From: an uncultured Sphingomonadaceae bacterium | GTDB lineage: Bacteria; Pseudomonadota; Alphaproteobacteria; Sphingomonadales; Sphingomonadaceae | Direction of reading: 5' to 3' | Length of the DNA: 64,000 bases | NCBI GenBank assembly: GCA_947496865.1 | Contig: CANMEE010000002.1 | Coordinates: 1,073,825 to 1,137,824, forward strand | Shown here: positions 9,861 to 17,988 of the stretch, piece after piece | Numbering within the stretch: position 1 is the first letter of the stretch | How the letters are laid out: every line of letters begins with the position of its first letter | The notes under the pieces: generated by a model | Databases searched by the model: none | What the model was told of the DNA's origin: nothing | The model's input: the letters and a program-made list of their open reading frames with translations, nothing else | Made by a program: the position numbers and the translations under genes

Positions 9861-11132
9861 TCAGGCCGCCAGCGCACGCATATCGGCCATCCGATAGCGC
9901 AGCGTCCGTTCTGAAATGCCAAGCTCTTTTGCAGCTTCGCGGCGGTTGCCGTTGGTTTGTTCGAGGGTTTTGTTGATCGCGTCATATTCAACGCTCTTCG
10001 AAATCGACTGCAAATCACGGCCGCGTACGAACCGAGCGGAGCTGCCAGGTTGGACGGCGTCTTGCTTTGGTTGAGATGAGAGGTTTTCACTTGAGATCAT
10101 CAAGTCTTTTGCTTCGATACGATCACCGTCACACATAACCAATGCGCGTTGCAGCACGTTGGCAAGCTCGCGCACGTTACCCGGCCAATGATGGGCCTTC
10201 AATCGATCGATGCAACATTGTGAAAGTGACACGAACTTCTCATGTCCCTTTTGAAAGTCCATCATCATGAAAGCGGAGATCGCGACAATATCGGCGGGGC
10301 GAGAAGCCAGCGGTTCCAGCTCAACTGGCATGACATTTAGCCGCCAGTACAGATCTTCGCGGAATTTTCCGGCTTTCACTTCTTCTGCAAAATTACGGTT
10401 AGCAGCACAGATGATGCGAACATCGATCTTCTCATGACGGGTGGCACCGACCGGAAGAATTTCGCCTTCTTGCAGAACGCGCAAGAGCTTTGACTGGCTC
10501 TCCAATGGCATCTCGGTAATCTCGTCCAAGAAGATCGTGCCGCCATCCGCTTCCTTAAACAGGCCAACGGCGCTGGCATAGGCTCCGGTAAAGGCGCCTT
10601 TCTTATGACCGAATAAAATGGACTCGATCATCGTTTCGGTAATGGCTGCACAATTGACGGTGACGAGTTGCTTGTCAGCACGCGTGCTATGCTCGTGAAT
10701 ATATCGCGCGACGCCTTCCTTGCCGGTACCGGTCTCACCGGTAATCATGACATTGGCGTCGCTGCCTGCCACACGGGCGGCATATTTATATAAGGCAATA
10801 GATTTGGGATCAGCAAAAGCGGGCCCTTTGCCCCCGCGCATGCATTCGATGATGCAGGACAAACCAAATAGTTTGTCTGCTTCACCAAATTCAATGCGTG
10901 GGGGCTGGCTGAGGGTAGCCGGAACGAAACGGAATGGACCATCGCGATAAATTACGATGGGATCTTTTGCACCACCATTAGCACCTGTTTTTGCTGCACC
11001 ATCAATGTGGGGTAGTTGCGCAGCGGCAGATGACAATATGTGGTTGGAGTGGAAAGGTTCGACACTCCCGAGCATATCAACAAGCTCTGGAAACCTAGAG
11101 ACCAGGCTAGATTTTATTGCGTTGTTGATCAT
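9861..11132 (-). CDS. Sigma54-dependent flagellar transcriptional activator (FleQ/FlrA-like EBP without a recognisable receiver domain)
   Basis: 423 aa. AAA+ Walker A GETGTGKE, sigma54-contact GAFTGA motif (GHKKGAFTGA), Walker B IFLDEI, C-terminal Fis-type HTH (NRREAAKELGISERTLRYRM). Only about 107 non-REC-looking residues precede the AAA+ core. First gene of the fliE-fliP strand. Confidence 0.9.
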   Translation of the reverse strand: MINNAIKSSLVSRFPELVDMLGSVEPFHSNHILSSAAAQLPHIDGAAKTGANGGAKDPIVIYRDGPFRFVPATLSQPPRIEFGEADKLFGLSCIIECMRGGKGPAFADPKSIALYKYAARVAGSDANVMITGETGTGKEGVARYIHEHSTRADKQLVTVNCAAITETMIESILFGHKKGAFTGAYASAVGLFKEADGGTIFLDEITEMPLESQSKLLRVLQEGEILPVGATRHEKIDVRIICAANRNFAEEVKAGKFREDLYWRLNVMPVELEPLASRPADIVAISAFMMMDFQKGHEKFVSLSQCCIDRLKAHHWPGNVRELANVLQRALVMCDGDRIEAKDLMISSENLSSQPKQDAVQPGSSARFVRGRDLQSISKSVEYDAINKTLEQTNGNRREAAKELGISERTLRYRMADMRALAA

Positions 11133-11191
11133 CTCATTCCCTCACGTTTTACTCTGAACACGGGATCCTTGTTGTGCTCATCCGATACCTC

Positions 11192-11206
11192 GCAATGTGC
11201 GTGCCA
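11192..11206 (-). promoter_or_regulatory. Sigma54 (-24/-12) promoter of the activator-fliE...fliP transcription unit
   Basis: The minus strand reads TGGCACGCACATTGC, a full match to TGGCACG-N4-TTGC. It lies about 60 nt upstream of the activator ATG at 11132. Confidence 0.8.
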
Positions 11207-11217
11207 GTTTTGGGGAA

Positions 11218-11233
11218 TGGCCAAAAACTGGCA
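11218..11233 (+). promoter_or_regulatory. Candidate sigma54-like promoter facing the flagellin gene
   Basis: TGGCCAAAAACTGGCA has correct GG-N10-GC spacing, but the -12 box is TGGC rather than TTGC. It lies about 200 nt upstream of the fliC ATG. Confidence 0.35.
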
Positions 11234-11272
11234 TAAGTTGTTCTGAACCTGTCGGTTTTCCGATAGTTTTGC

Positions 11273-11325
11273 CGGTTCTCCGACAGCGATTGCAGCCAGA
11301 TGTCGGAGAACCGACAAGTTTTTTT
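11273..11325 (+). promoter_or_regulatory. 13-bp perfect inverted repeat plus T7 tract in the activator/flagellin intergenic region
   Basis: CGGTTCTCCGACA (11273-11285), 15-nt spacer, TGTCGGAGAACCG (11301-11313), then GACAAG and TTTTTTT (11319-11325). It could be an RNA hairpin in the fliC leader. It could equally be a protein-binding palindrome about 70-120 bp upstream of the minus-strand sigma54 promoter. Confidence 0.5.
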
Positions 11326-11429
11326 ATTAATTATCGTGGAGGCCGCCGTTAACTCCTCTGAGGCCGCTTCTGGAGACGAGGTGACCCACAGTATCAATCG
11401 TGTAAGTAAATTGTGAAAAGGAAGTCACC

Positions 11430-12245
11430 ATGACTGTTATAGGAACTAACGTATCGGCCCTGCGCTCCAGCTTTGCTTCAAGCCAAGCTGAAATGGGTCT
11501 CGCAAAATCAATCGAACGCCTGTCTACAGGTCGCCGGATCAACTCTGCATCTGATGATGCGGCCGGTAACGCCATCGCTACCCGCATGACCTCTGAGGTT
11601 CGCGGCTTGAATATGGCAATCCGTAACGCCAATGACGGTATTTCGGCAGCACAAACCGCAGAAGGCGGCATGAACGAGATTACGAACATGTTGCAGCGTA
11701 TGCGTGAACTGTCTGTTCAGTCTGCCAACGGCACGCTTTCTGGCGGTGACCGTACCAACCTTCAGGCAGAGGTTACTCAGCTCATCGGTCAGATCGGTGA
11801 TGTTGCATCTCGTACAACTTTCAACGATGTTGCTCTGCTTGACGGCACGAACGCATCAATCGCTATTCAGACCGGTAGTGACGCAAGTCAGACGGTTTCC
11901 ATCGCACTGACTGACGTCGACGCAACAGCCTTGGCTATTGCCGCAGTAGACATCAGCACCGATACCGGCGCAAACACTGCATTGGGTCTTCTGGACACCG
12001 CTCTGGATACGGTCACAACCGCACAGGCTAACTTAGGTGCCTCGCAGAACCGTCTGCAGACCACTGTTTCCAACCTGTCTGATCGAGTAGCCAATATTAC
12101 GGAATCTCGTTCGCGGATCATGGACGTAGATTTCTCCTCTGAAACCACTGAACTGGCCAAGAACCAGATCCTAAGCCAGGCATCCACGGCGATGCTCGCT
12201 CAGGCTAACCAGTCTCAGCAGTCCGTATTGAGCCTGATCCGGTAA
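11430..12245 (+). CDS. fliC: Flagellin (short, 271 aa)
   Basis: Conserved flagellin N-terminus ([49 protein letters not shown]) and C-terminus ([18 protein letters not shown]...[42 protein letters not shown]). AGGAAG Shine-Dalgarno before the ATG. Confidence 0.95.
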   Translation: MTVIGTNVSALRSSFASSQAEMGLAKSIERLSTGRRINSASDDAAGNAIATRMTSEVRGLNMAIRNANDGISAAQTAEGGMNEITNMLQRMRELSVQSANGTLSGGDRTNLQAEVTQLIGQIGDVASRTTFNDVALLDGTNASIAIQTGSDASQTVSIALTDVDATALAIAAVDISTDTGANTALGLLDTALDTVTTAQANLGASQNRLQTTVSNLSDRVANITESRSRIMDVDFSSETTELAKNQILSQASTAMLAQANQSQQSVLSLIR

Positions 12246-12269
12246 TTAGTTCGGTTCAATATGATAGAG

Positions 12270-12307
12270 AAGCCTCTTCCCCTAAATAGGGAGGAGGCTT
12301 TTTCTTT
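12270..12307 (+). terminator. Intrinsic terminator after flagellin
   Basis: AAGCCTCTTCCC (12270-12281), 7-nt loop, GGGAGGAGGCTT (12289-12300; 12 bp with one G-U pair), followed by TTTCTTT. Read on the minus strand (downstream of fliA) there is no U tract. Confidence 0.85.
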
Positions 12308-12341
12308 GCCTCAAGCCGTCACAAGAATACATCGATGGTAA

Positions 12342-13061
12342 TTATTTGGTTGTCATTGCTGCTTGTAGCTTTTCCAAGGCCCGCTTTTTTATCTGACAAA
12401 CACGGACAGATGATACGTCCAGCACTGCGCCAATTTCATCCAGCTGCATTTCTTCGATGAAATAACTGTTAAGTACCAGTTGTTCGCGTTCATTAAGCTT
12501 CTTCAAATTTGCCGACAAAAGCTCAACCATCTGACTTTTTTCCAACGCCTCATGCTGATCATCATCATCGTTGGTGAACCAGCTGCTGGAATCGCAATAA
12601 ACTTCATCGAGGGAATCGACATGGACATCAATCGCGCGGTCGGCATTTTTCCGAAACTCGGCCTGATCCATACCCATGGCTTCAGCAAGTTCGACTTCAT
12701 TGGGTTCTCGGCCGTTTTGCTGCGCTAACTGATCGCTAATCCGGCGCAACCTTTTGTTCCACTCCACCGCGCTTCTGCGCAGGCTGCAGGTGTTGCGTAA
12801 ATAGTCGATCATCGCGCCACGAACGCGCACGTATAAATAGGTGCTGAAATTATGCCCCTGATCTACATATTTGCCAGCAGCCTCTACCATTGCCACCAAA
12901 CCCACCTGAATCAGATCCTCTATTTCAATCTGATCTGGCGAAAACCCCTTAATCTGCCACGCAATTTTGGTGACCAGGCCCTGATGCTCGGAAACCAATT
13001 TGGTCTCGTCAATCTGCATAGCTCCATAAGCTTGGGATGCTTTTATTTTTGATTGAAACAT
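12342..13061 (-). CDS. fliA: Flagellar sigma factor sigma28 (FliA)
   Basis: 239 aa. Sigma70-family regions 2 and 4 (DLIQVGLVAMVEAAGKYV...; QLDEIGAVLDVSSVRVCQIKKRALEKL). Immediately downstream of flhA. Confidence 0.9.
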   Translation of the reverse strand: MFQSKIKASQAYGAMQIDETKLVSEHQGLVTKIAWQIKGFSPDQIEIEDLIQVGLVAMVEAAGKYVDQGHNFSTYLYVRVRGAMIDYLRNTCSLRRSAVEWNKRLRRISDQLAQQNGREPNEVELAEAMGMDQAEFRKNADRAIDVHVDSLDEVYCDSSSWFTNDDDDQHEALEKSQMVELLSANLKKLNEREQLVLNSYFIEEMQLDEIGAVLDVSSVRVCQIKKRALEKLQAAMTTK

Positions 13062-13078
13062 ATGTTCATTCCACTCGA

Positions 13079-15190
13079 TTAATAGGTTTGATTTGCTTCA
13101 ACCCGCGGCGCTTCGGGCCGGGATTGCGGGACGCCAATTTTGGCCAAGACTTCGATAGATTTGTCTTCCGGCAGCTCCTGATAGGAAAGCACGGTCAAAT
13201 CCGGGAACCGGTTCTTCAACAACCCACCTAATGGGCGCCGAACTATCGGCGACGTGATGAGCGCAATATTGCGTGATTCCATCGGCAATGTACGTGCCGT
13301 TTCATCGACGGCTTCGACCAATTGCTGGGCCAATTGTGGTTCGATCGGATAGCTTGCATCTTCTCCGATTTTGAGCGCTTTGACGAGCAGGCTTTCTAGC
13401 TCTGCATCCAATGTCACAACCGGCAGCGGCAGGTTAATCGGCACCATCGTCTGTATGATAAGGTTACCGATCTTCTGTCTTATCACATCAACAATCTGTT
13501 CCGTTTCGCTGTGATGGTTTGACGCCTCGAGCATCGCCAGACAGATTTTTTGGAAATCTTTAACCGGTACTTTTTCCGTCAGAAGTTCGCGGCAAATAGC
13601 GGTGATTGCAAATAACGAAAGCGGTTGCGGCGTTAGACTATCGACTAACTGAGGACTTGTTTCCTTGAGCAAGTCGAGCAGTTTTTGCGCTTCGTCCATG
13701 CTGAAGAGCTGTGCCGCATTTCGCCGGACGACATCGTTCAAATGTGTTGCGACAACAGTAGGCGCATCGACGACGGTATATCCTTCCGCGATGGCATGTG
13801 ATTTTTTGTCGGCGCCGATCCAGATCGCATCCATGCCGAATGTGGGATCTTTACAATGCCGCCCTTCAATCACCGCATCGACATGGCCATCATCAAGGGC
13901 CAAGAAATCATTTGGCCATACGGTGCCCTCTCCCAGAACCATACCACCCATCATGATCCGGTAGCTATTGGGTTCCAGTTCCAGATCATCTTTGATCCGC
14001 ACCAACGGCACAACAAAGCCGAGCTCTTTGGAAATCTGACGGCGAATTCCGGTGATCCTTTTCATCAACGGCGCGCCCTTGCGATCCTCGACCATCGACA
14101 CCAAACTATAACCGATTTCGATACCCAGCCGGGCTTTTTCAGATACATCTTCCCAATCAATTTGTTCCGGTTGTTTCTCCTCAACCGGCGCGGGCGCGGC
14201 TTCGACCGGTTTCGGTTTGCGGATCAAATAGACGGCAAGACCAGTGGCAACGGCGGCTGCGGAAAGCACGACCATATGCGGCATACCCGGCAATATGCCC
14301 AAGATGGTAAGGATAACCGCCACTGGAACCCAAGCCGCACCTGACCCAAATTGCGATGTAATCTGATCGGGTAAATTCTTGCTCGACGCCACCCGGGTGA
14401 CAATGGCCGCAGCAGCTATTGACAAGATCAGCGCAGGCACTTGTGCAACCAGCGCATCACCAATGGCGAGCAAAGAATATGTACTCGCTGCTTCGGCGAA
14501 GGACAGATCATGCATGGTTGTACCCAGAACGATGCCACCGATGATGTTCACCGCGAGAATCAAGATGCCGGCAACCGCATCGCCTTTTACAAATTTGGAG
14601 GCACCATCCATCGAACCGTAAAAATCAGCTTCCGTGGCAACTTCCAATCGCCGTTCTTTTGCTTCTTCTGGCGCAATCAGCCCCGCATTCAGATCGGCAT
14701 CGATAGCCATTTGCTTGCCGGGCAACGCATCTAGCGTGAACCGCGCGGATACTTCCGAAACTCGTCCCGCACCCTTGGTGATCACGATCAAGTTGATGAT
14801 CATCAGGATGGCGAAGACGAATATACCGACAACGTAATTGCCGCCGAGCAACAGACTCCCAAACGCTTCGATAATCTGCCCAGCGGAATCTCCGCCCTCA
14901 TGTCCTTGAACCAGAACAACCCGCGTCGATGCCACGTTCAAACCCAGTCGCATTAGGGTTGCGAATAGAAGCACGGTCGGGAAACTCGAAAAATCCAGCG
15001 GCTTGTTCGCGTTTAACGCGACCATCAAAATCGCCAGCGAGATCATGATATTGGTGATGAACCCGATGTCGAGCATGATGGTGGGCAGTGGCAAAACCAT
15101 GAAGATAACAAGCAACAGCGTGGCCATCGGCAACAAGCCCGATTTCAAATTGTTGGCCATCCGGTCCATCGAAAACAATTGTCGGTTCAT
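13079..15190 (-). CDS. flhA: Flagellar export gate protein FlhA
   Basis: 703 aa. Conserved FHIPEP-type TM region (FPTVLLFATLMRLGLNVASTRVVL; FVKGDAVAGILIL) and a large cytoplasmic C-domain. Confidence 0.97.
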   Translation of the reverse strand: MNRQLFSMDRMANNLKSGLLPMATLLLVIFMVLPLPTIMLDIGFITNIMISLAILMVALNANKPLDFSSFPTVLLFATLMRLGLNVASTRVVLVQGHEGGDSAGQIIEAFGSLLLGGNYVVGIFVFAILMIINLIVITKGAGRVSEVSARFTLDALPGKQMAIDADLNAGLIAPEEAKERRLEVATEADFYGSMDGASKFVKGDAVAGILILAVNIIGGIVLGTTMHDLSFAEAASTYSLLAIGDALVAQVPALILSIAAAAIVTRVASSKNLPDQITSQFGSGAAWVPVAVILTILGILPGMPHMVVLSAAAVATGLAVYLIRKPKPVEAAPAPVEEKQPEQIDWEDVSEKARLGIEIGYSLVSMVEDRKGAPLMKRITGIRRQISKELGFVVPLVRIKDDLELEPNSYRIMMGGMVLGEGTVWPNDFLALDDGHVDAVIEGRHCKDPTFGMDAIWIGADKKSHAIAEGYTVVDAPTVVATHLNDVVRRNAAQLFSMDEAQKLLDLLKETSPQLVDSLTPQPLSLFAITAICRELLTEKVPVKDFQKICLAMLEASNHHSETEQIVDVIRQKIGNLIIQTMVPINLPLPVVTLDAELESLLVKALKIGEDASYPIEPQLAQQLVEAVDETARTLPMESRNIALITSPIVRRPLGGLLKNRFPDLTVLSYQELPEDKSIEVLAKIGVPQSRPEAPRVEANQTY

Positions 15191-15196
15191 TATATA

Positions 15197-16024
15197 TTAT
15201 ATCCCTAGGGTAGCGAGCATCAGGTAGGCGGCGCGTGCCGGCTCGCTAAATGGCTTCGGCAGGTTTAAATGGCTTTGATCGTCAACATGGGCTCGGGCGA
15301 TGCGCAGATAATCTTCCGGCTGCACCATTTGCGTCTCACCATCGGACTGCGGCAAAAAATTTCCACGGGTCGGCAAAGCATTGCCGCGACCAACCAGGTC
15401 CACGGCATCGGCCAGTTTGCGCTCAAAACGGCTGCGAATATCTGCAAAGCTGCGGGCATTACCGGCGGAACTGAAAAATATATTATGGTTAGATCGAGCC
15501 GCTTTGGGAAAGACAGATGCGGCGGATGCCTCAGGGCTAGTTTCCATCTTGTTCAGGAATTTCGCTGCGCCTGCAGGTCCCAGGAAATGCGCGAGATAGA
15601 GATCAACCGACTCCGGCTTCCTGCCCGTTTTCTGCTCTAGATACTGGCTATTGTCCCGGGCAAATTCTCCTGCCAGATTGGCGGAAAGCGTTGGATCATT
15701 CCTGAGAGCCAATATGCTGGATCTCTGGGAATTATCAGCAACTGTCAGCCGCCCATTGGAATTTCTAGAAATGGCATTTTTGGCCCAACCAAGCCCGTAT
15801 TGATCACCCTTTTCCTTGACCAGACCCAGCCAGGTTTGATCGATAAATTGGTACAGGCCTGTAGCGGACGACGTCGACGCCTTGGCATCTGCCCGCATCC
15901 CGCTCTCTAGCTGCGCCTGCGCTACCAGATATTGGAAATCAACACCGGTGCGCTGCGCGCTTTGCGCGATGACGCTCGGCAAATCGCGCCGCTCGGTCAG
16001 GTTGGTGATGGATAGATTGGACAT
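15197..16024 (-). CDS. SLT-family lytic transglycosylase, flagellum-associated (SltF-like role inferred)
   Basis: SLT catalytic motif LESGMRADAKASTSSATGLYQFIDQTW. First gene of an SLT-flhA-fliA unit. Start set at ATG 16024 (GGAG upstream), because the tracked TTG at 16060 lies inside the sigma54 promoter. No obvious N-terminal signal peptide. Confidence 0.8.
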   Translation of the reverse strand: MSNLSITNLTERRDLPSVIAQSAQRTGVDFQYLVAQAQLESGMRADAKASTSSATGLYQFIDQTWLGLVKEKGDQYGLGWAKNAISRNSNGRLTVADNSQRSSILALRNDPTLSANLAGEFARDNSQYLEQKTGRKPESVDLYLAHFLGPAGAAKFLNKMETSPEASAASVFPKAARSNHNIFFSSAGNARSFADIRSRFERKLADAVDLVGRGNALPTRGNFLPQSDGETQMVQPEDYLRIARAHVDDQSHLNLPKPFSEPARAAYLMLATLGI

Positions 16025-16056
16025 GCTAGTATCAAAGTCTCCTGCAAAGGAGAGAA

Positions 16057-16071
16057 GCAATGATCATGCCA
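16057..16071 (-). promoter_or_regulatory. Sigma54 (-24/-12) promoter of the SLT-flhA-fliA unit
   Basis: The minus strand reads TGGCATGATCATTGC (TGGCAT-N5-TTGC). Its -12 box lies about 33 nt upstream of ATG 16024. Confidence 0.75.
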
Positions 16072-16124
16072 AAACTCATATTGAGAGGCTGCTACAGCGA
16101 TATATTTAGTGCTCAAATGTGAAA

Positions 16125-16151
16125 ACGCGCAGACATGTTTATGCCGCGCGT
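16125..16151 (-). terminator. Weak hairpin downstream of the flgN-like gene
   Basis: The minus strand reads ACGCGC, a 15-nt loop, GCGCGT, then TTTTCACATTT. Short stem and large loop. Confidence 0.3.
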
Positions 16152-16205
16152 AATTCAACTGTGACCCGACGTTTACAAACGCCTGGCTATTGGAAAATAA
16201 TAAAC

Positions 16206-16517
16206 CTATCGACCGCGAGTGGCATCCGAATAAGTACTGGCCTGATTTTCGCGAAATCCTGCCAATAACTGCAGTCTCGTGGAGCTATGATCACGCAAAA
16301 AGCGCAAACGATAGATGGATGCCTGCATTAAATCGTCAGCTTGGGAAATGAGCGGTTTAAGTCCCGGATCCAATTCATTGGCATTGATCGAACCCAGTTG
16401 AGCGGCGGCTTGACCCAATTGCTTGCTGGCTTGAAAAATGGCATCGCTGTCATGCCCTTCCAGCGCCGAAAACAGACTGTCCTGGGAGCTTCGGAAGGAC
16501 TCTACTATATGTTTCAT
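16206..16517 (-). CDS. Small helical protein in the flgN position (putative FlgN-like export chaperone)
   Basis: 103 aa. 4-nt overlap with the flgM stop, matching the flgM-flgN order of enteric-type clusters. Assignment is by position only. Confidence 0.4.
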   Translation of the reverse strand: MKHIVESFRSSQDSLFSALEGHDSDAIFQASKQLGQAAAQLGSINANELDPGLKPLISQADDLMQASIYRLRFLRDHSSTRLQLLAGFRENQASTYSDATRGR

Positions 16518-16804
16518 TTGTCCGATTCCACTCCAAACACCCCGTTATCCAGCATTTTCTGCGCTAGGGCGGCCGTATCGACACTATATATACCAGAGGC
16601 AATTTTCTGCCGTACGTCGGCAACTTTTTGCGCATCGAAAGGCGGCGTTTGAGCGGCCAGTATCGACGCAGTGGTGGTGATCGCCGGAGATTGTTTTGGC
16701 TGATCGGCATTGCTTTCAACCGTAGCCTTATTCGCCGCGCTATCTTGCAATACTGGCCGATCCAGCCGCGTATTAATCGCTGAGTAGCTTTCAACAGGTT
16801 TCAT
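16514..16804 (-). CDS. flgM: Anti-sigma28 factor FlgM
   Basis: 96 aa. Characteristic C-terminus (KVADVRQKIASGIYSVDTAALAQKMLD). Confidence 0.8.
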   Translation of the reverse strand: MKPVESYSAINTRLDRPVLQDSAANKATVESNADQPKQSPAITTTASILAAQTPPFDAQKVADVRQKIASGIYSVDTAALAQKMLDNGVFGVESDK

Positions 16805-16929
16805 TTCAATCTATCCTTAATACGTTCAGCTTATTGGTATTTAGTGACCTGGGCTGAAACGTTAACAACGTCTCTCGTAACAATTTACGGTCTGTTGTGA
16901 AAAAATTAATATCTTTGTCAAAAAAAAAA

Positions 16930-17427
16930 TTACTGGGCCAGTTCCACTTCCCCAGAACCGGACACGCGCGCGATCAACACTTTCGATTTACGACTGGACC
17001 GGACCGGAATGTAATCACCTACCCTGCCATTTTTTTGCGCGATAACGCCATAGCTCACACTGAAGCTAGGCCGCCGGACAACGAGGGTCAGCGGCTGATT
17101 TCTTAAAACTACATATTCGTCTGCGCGCGCGACCTTGTTCGCGGCGCGGGCTTGTGTTCGCCTGACCGGAACATATATCCTCCAACCCAGATCAGGGCAG
17201 CTCACCATCACGGCATTATTATTGGTATCTGAGAACTGCACCGGGCTGGAACAGCGTTTTAACCGCAATTTTGTGTCTATCGCCGCGCGCGCGCCACCCG
17301 CTCCGCCAACATCGGCATTTAGATGCGCTGCCACCTGTCGGTCGAGATAGGTGGTATCTTCAAACGAGGAGGCCGCGCCCATTGCAAGAACGGACAATAT
17401 GGGAATGGCAACGCGATAATATGACAT
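16930..17427 (-). CDS. flgA: Flagellar P-ring assembly chaperone FlgA
   Basis: Start set at ATG 17427 (MSYYRVAIPILSVLAMGAASS signal peptide; AGGA 7 nt upstream). SAF/FlgA-type C-terminus (GVIAQKNGRVGDYIPVRSSRKSKVLIARVSGSGEVEL). Confidence 0.8.
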   Translation of the reverse strand: MSYYRVAIPILSVLAMGAASSFEDTTYLDRQVAAHLNADVGGAGGARAAIDTKLRLKRCSSPVQFSDTNNNAVMVSCPDLGWRIYVPVRRTQARAANKVARADEYVVLRNQPLTLVVRRPSFSVSYGVIAQKNGRVGDYIPVRSSRKSKVLIARVSGSGEVELAQ

Positions 17428-17496
17428 AATGGGTTCCTGTGTACTTTGTTCAGGAAAAACTAAGCAGGTTTCATGCCAATTAGCCGGCACTCTCCA

Positions 17497-17985
17497 TTAT
17501 TTCTTTGGCAAGACAGGTTCGGGCGGAAGAAAGGTCAACACGATATTCTGTTTCTCTGCTGTTGTTGATACCAACTTATCCGGCATTTTCAGAACAATCA
17601 TGTCACCCGCCTGCCCGGCTTTTTGAAAAGCATCGGCAATGGCTGCTGATCGCGCAGCTACTTTTTCCCACTGTCGTAATCTTTGGCCGTCCTGTATCTC
17701 AGAAACGGCCGGCACATATATGGTAAGCAATTGCTTTTTCTGCACCGACAATATTTGAGAAATCTCTGAGCGGGCAAAATCTGTTAGCACCGCGCTGCTG
17801 TCGCCGAAAAATTCAACGGCTCTATATTCAAATACTCCCACGGCCTTAGAGGCCTGGTTCGTCTCACCAGATAGTTTTTCGCGGGTTTCTGGATCGGCTA
17901 TGTTCACAAAATGGGCATAGGCAAAGGCGCTGAGCAACATCAGGGCGAGGTCCAAAAAGGACAGAGTTGTACGCCCCGCCTTCAC
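17497..17985 (-). CDS. MotB/ExbD/TolR-like single-pass protein with a TM aspartate and no recognisable OmpA-type peptidoglycan-binding motif
   Basis: 162 aa, GTG start 3 nt after the stop of the MotA-like gene. N-terminal TM helix TLSFLDLALMLLSAFAYA with an embedded Asp, as in MotB (YADFVTAMMAFFLL in the canonical copy at 28195). No GHTD...NxxLSxxRA motif. Confidence 0.55.
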   Translation of the reverse strand: MKAGRTTLSFLDLALMLLSAFAYAHFVNIADPETREKLSGETNQASKAVGVFEYRAVEFFGDSSAVLTDFARSEISQILSVQKKQLLTIYVPAVSEIQDGQRLRQWEKVAARSAAIADAFQKAGQAGDMIVLKMPDKLVSTTAEKQNIVLTFLPPEPVLPKK

Positions 17986-17988
17986 TGA

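Noticed and set aside
11231-11266. Possible sigma28 promoter for flagellin (TAAG ... TCCGATAG)
   Set aside because: The spacer between the -35-like and -10-like boxes is 21 nt instead of about 15. Not a credible FliA promoter on sequence alone.
12270-12300. Bidirectional terminator serving both fliC and fliA
   Set aside because: Only the plus-strand reading is followed by a U tract. On the minus strand the stem is followed by CTCTATCAT.
16025-16060. TTG-initiated N-terminal extension of the SLT gene
   Set aside because: The TTG lies inside the -12 element of the sigma54 promoter at 16057-16071. ATG 16024 has a GGAG upstream.
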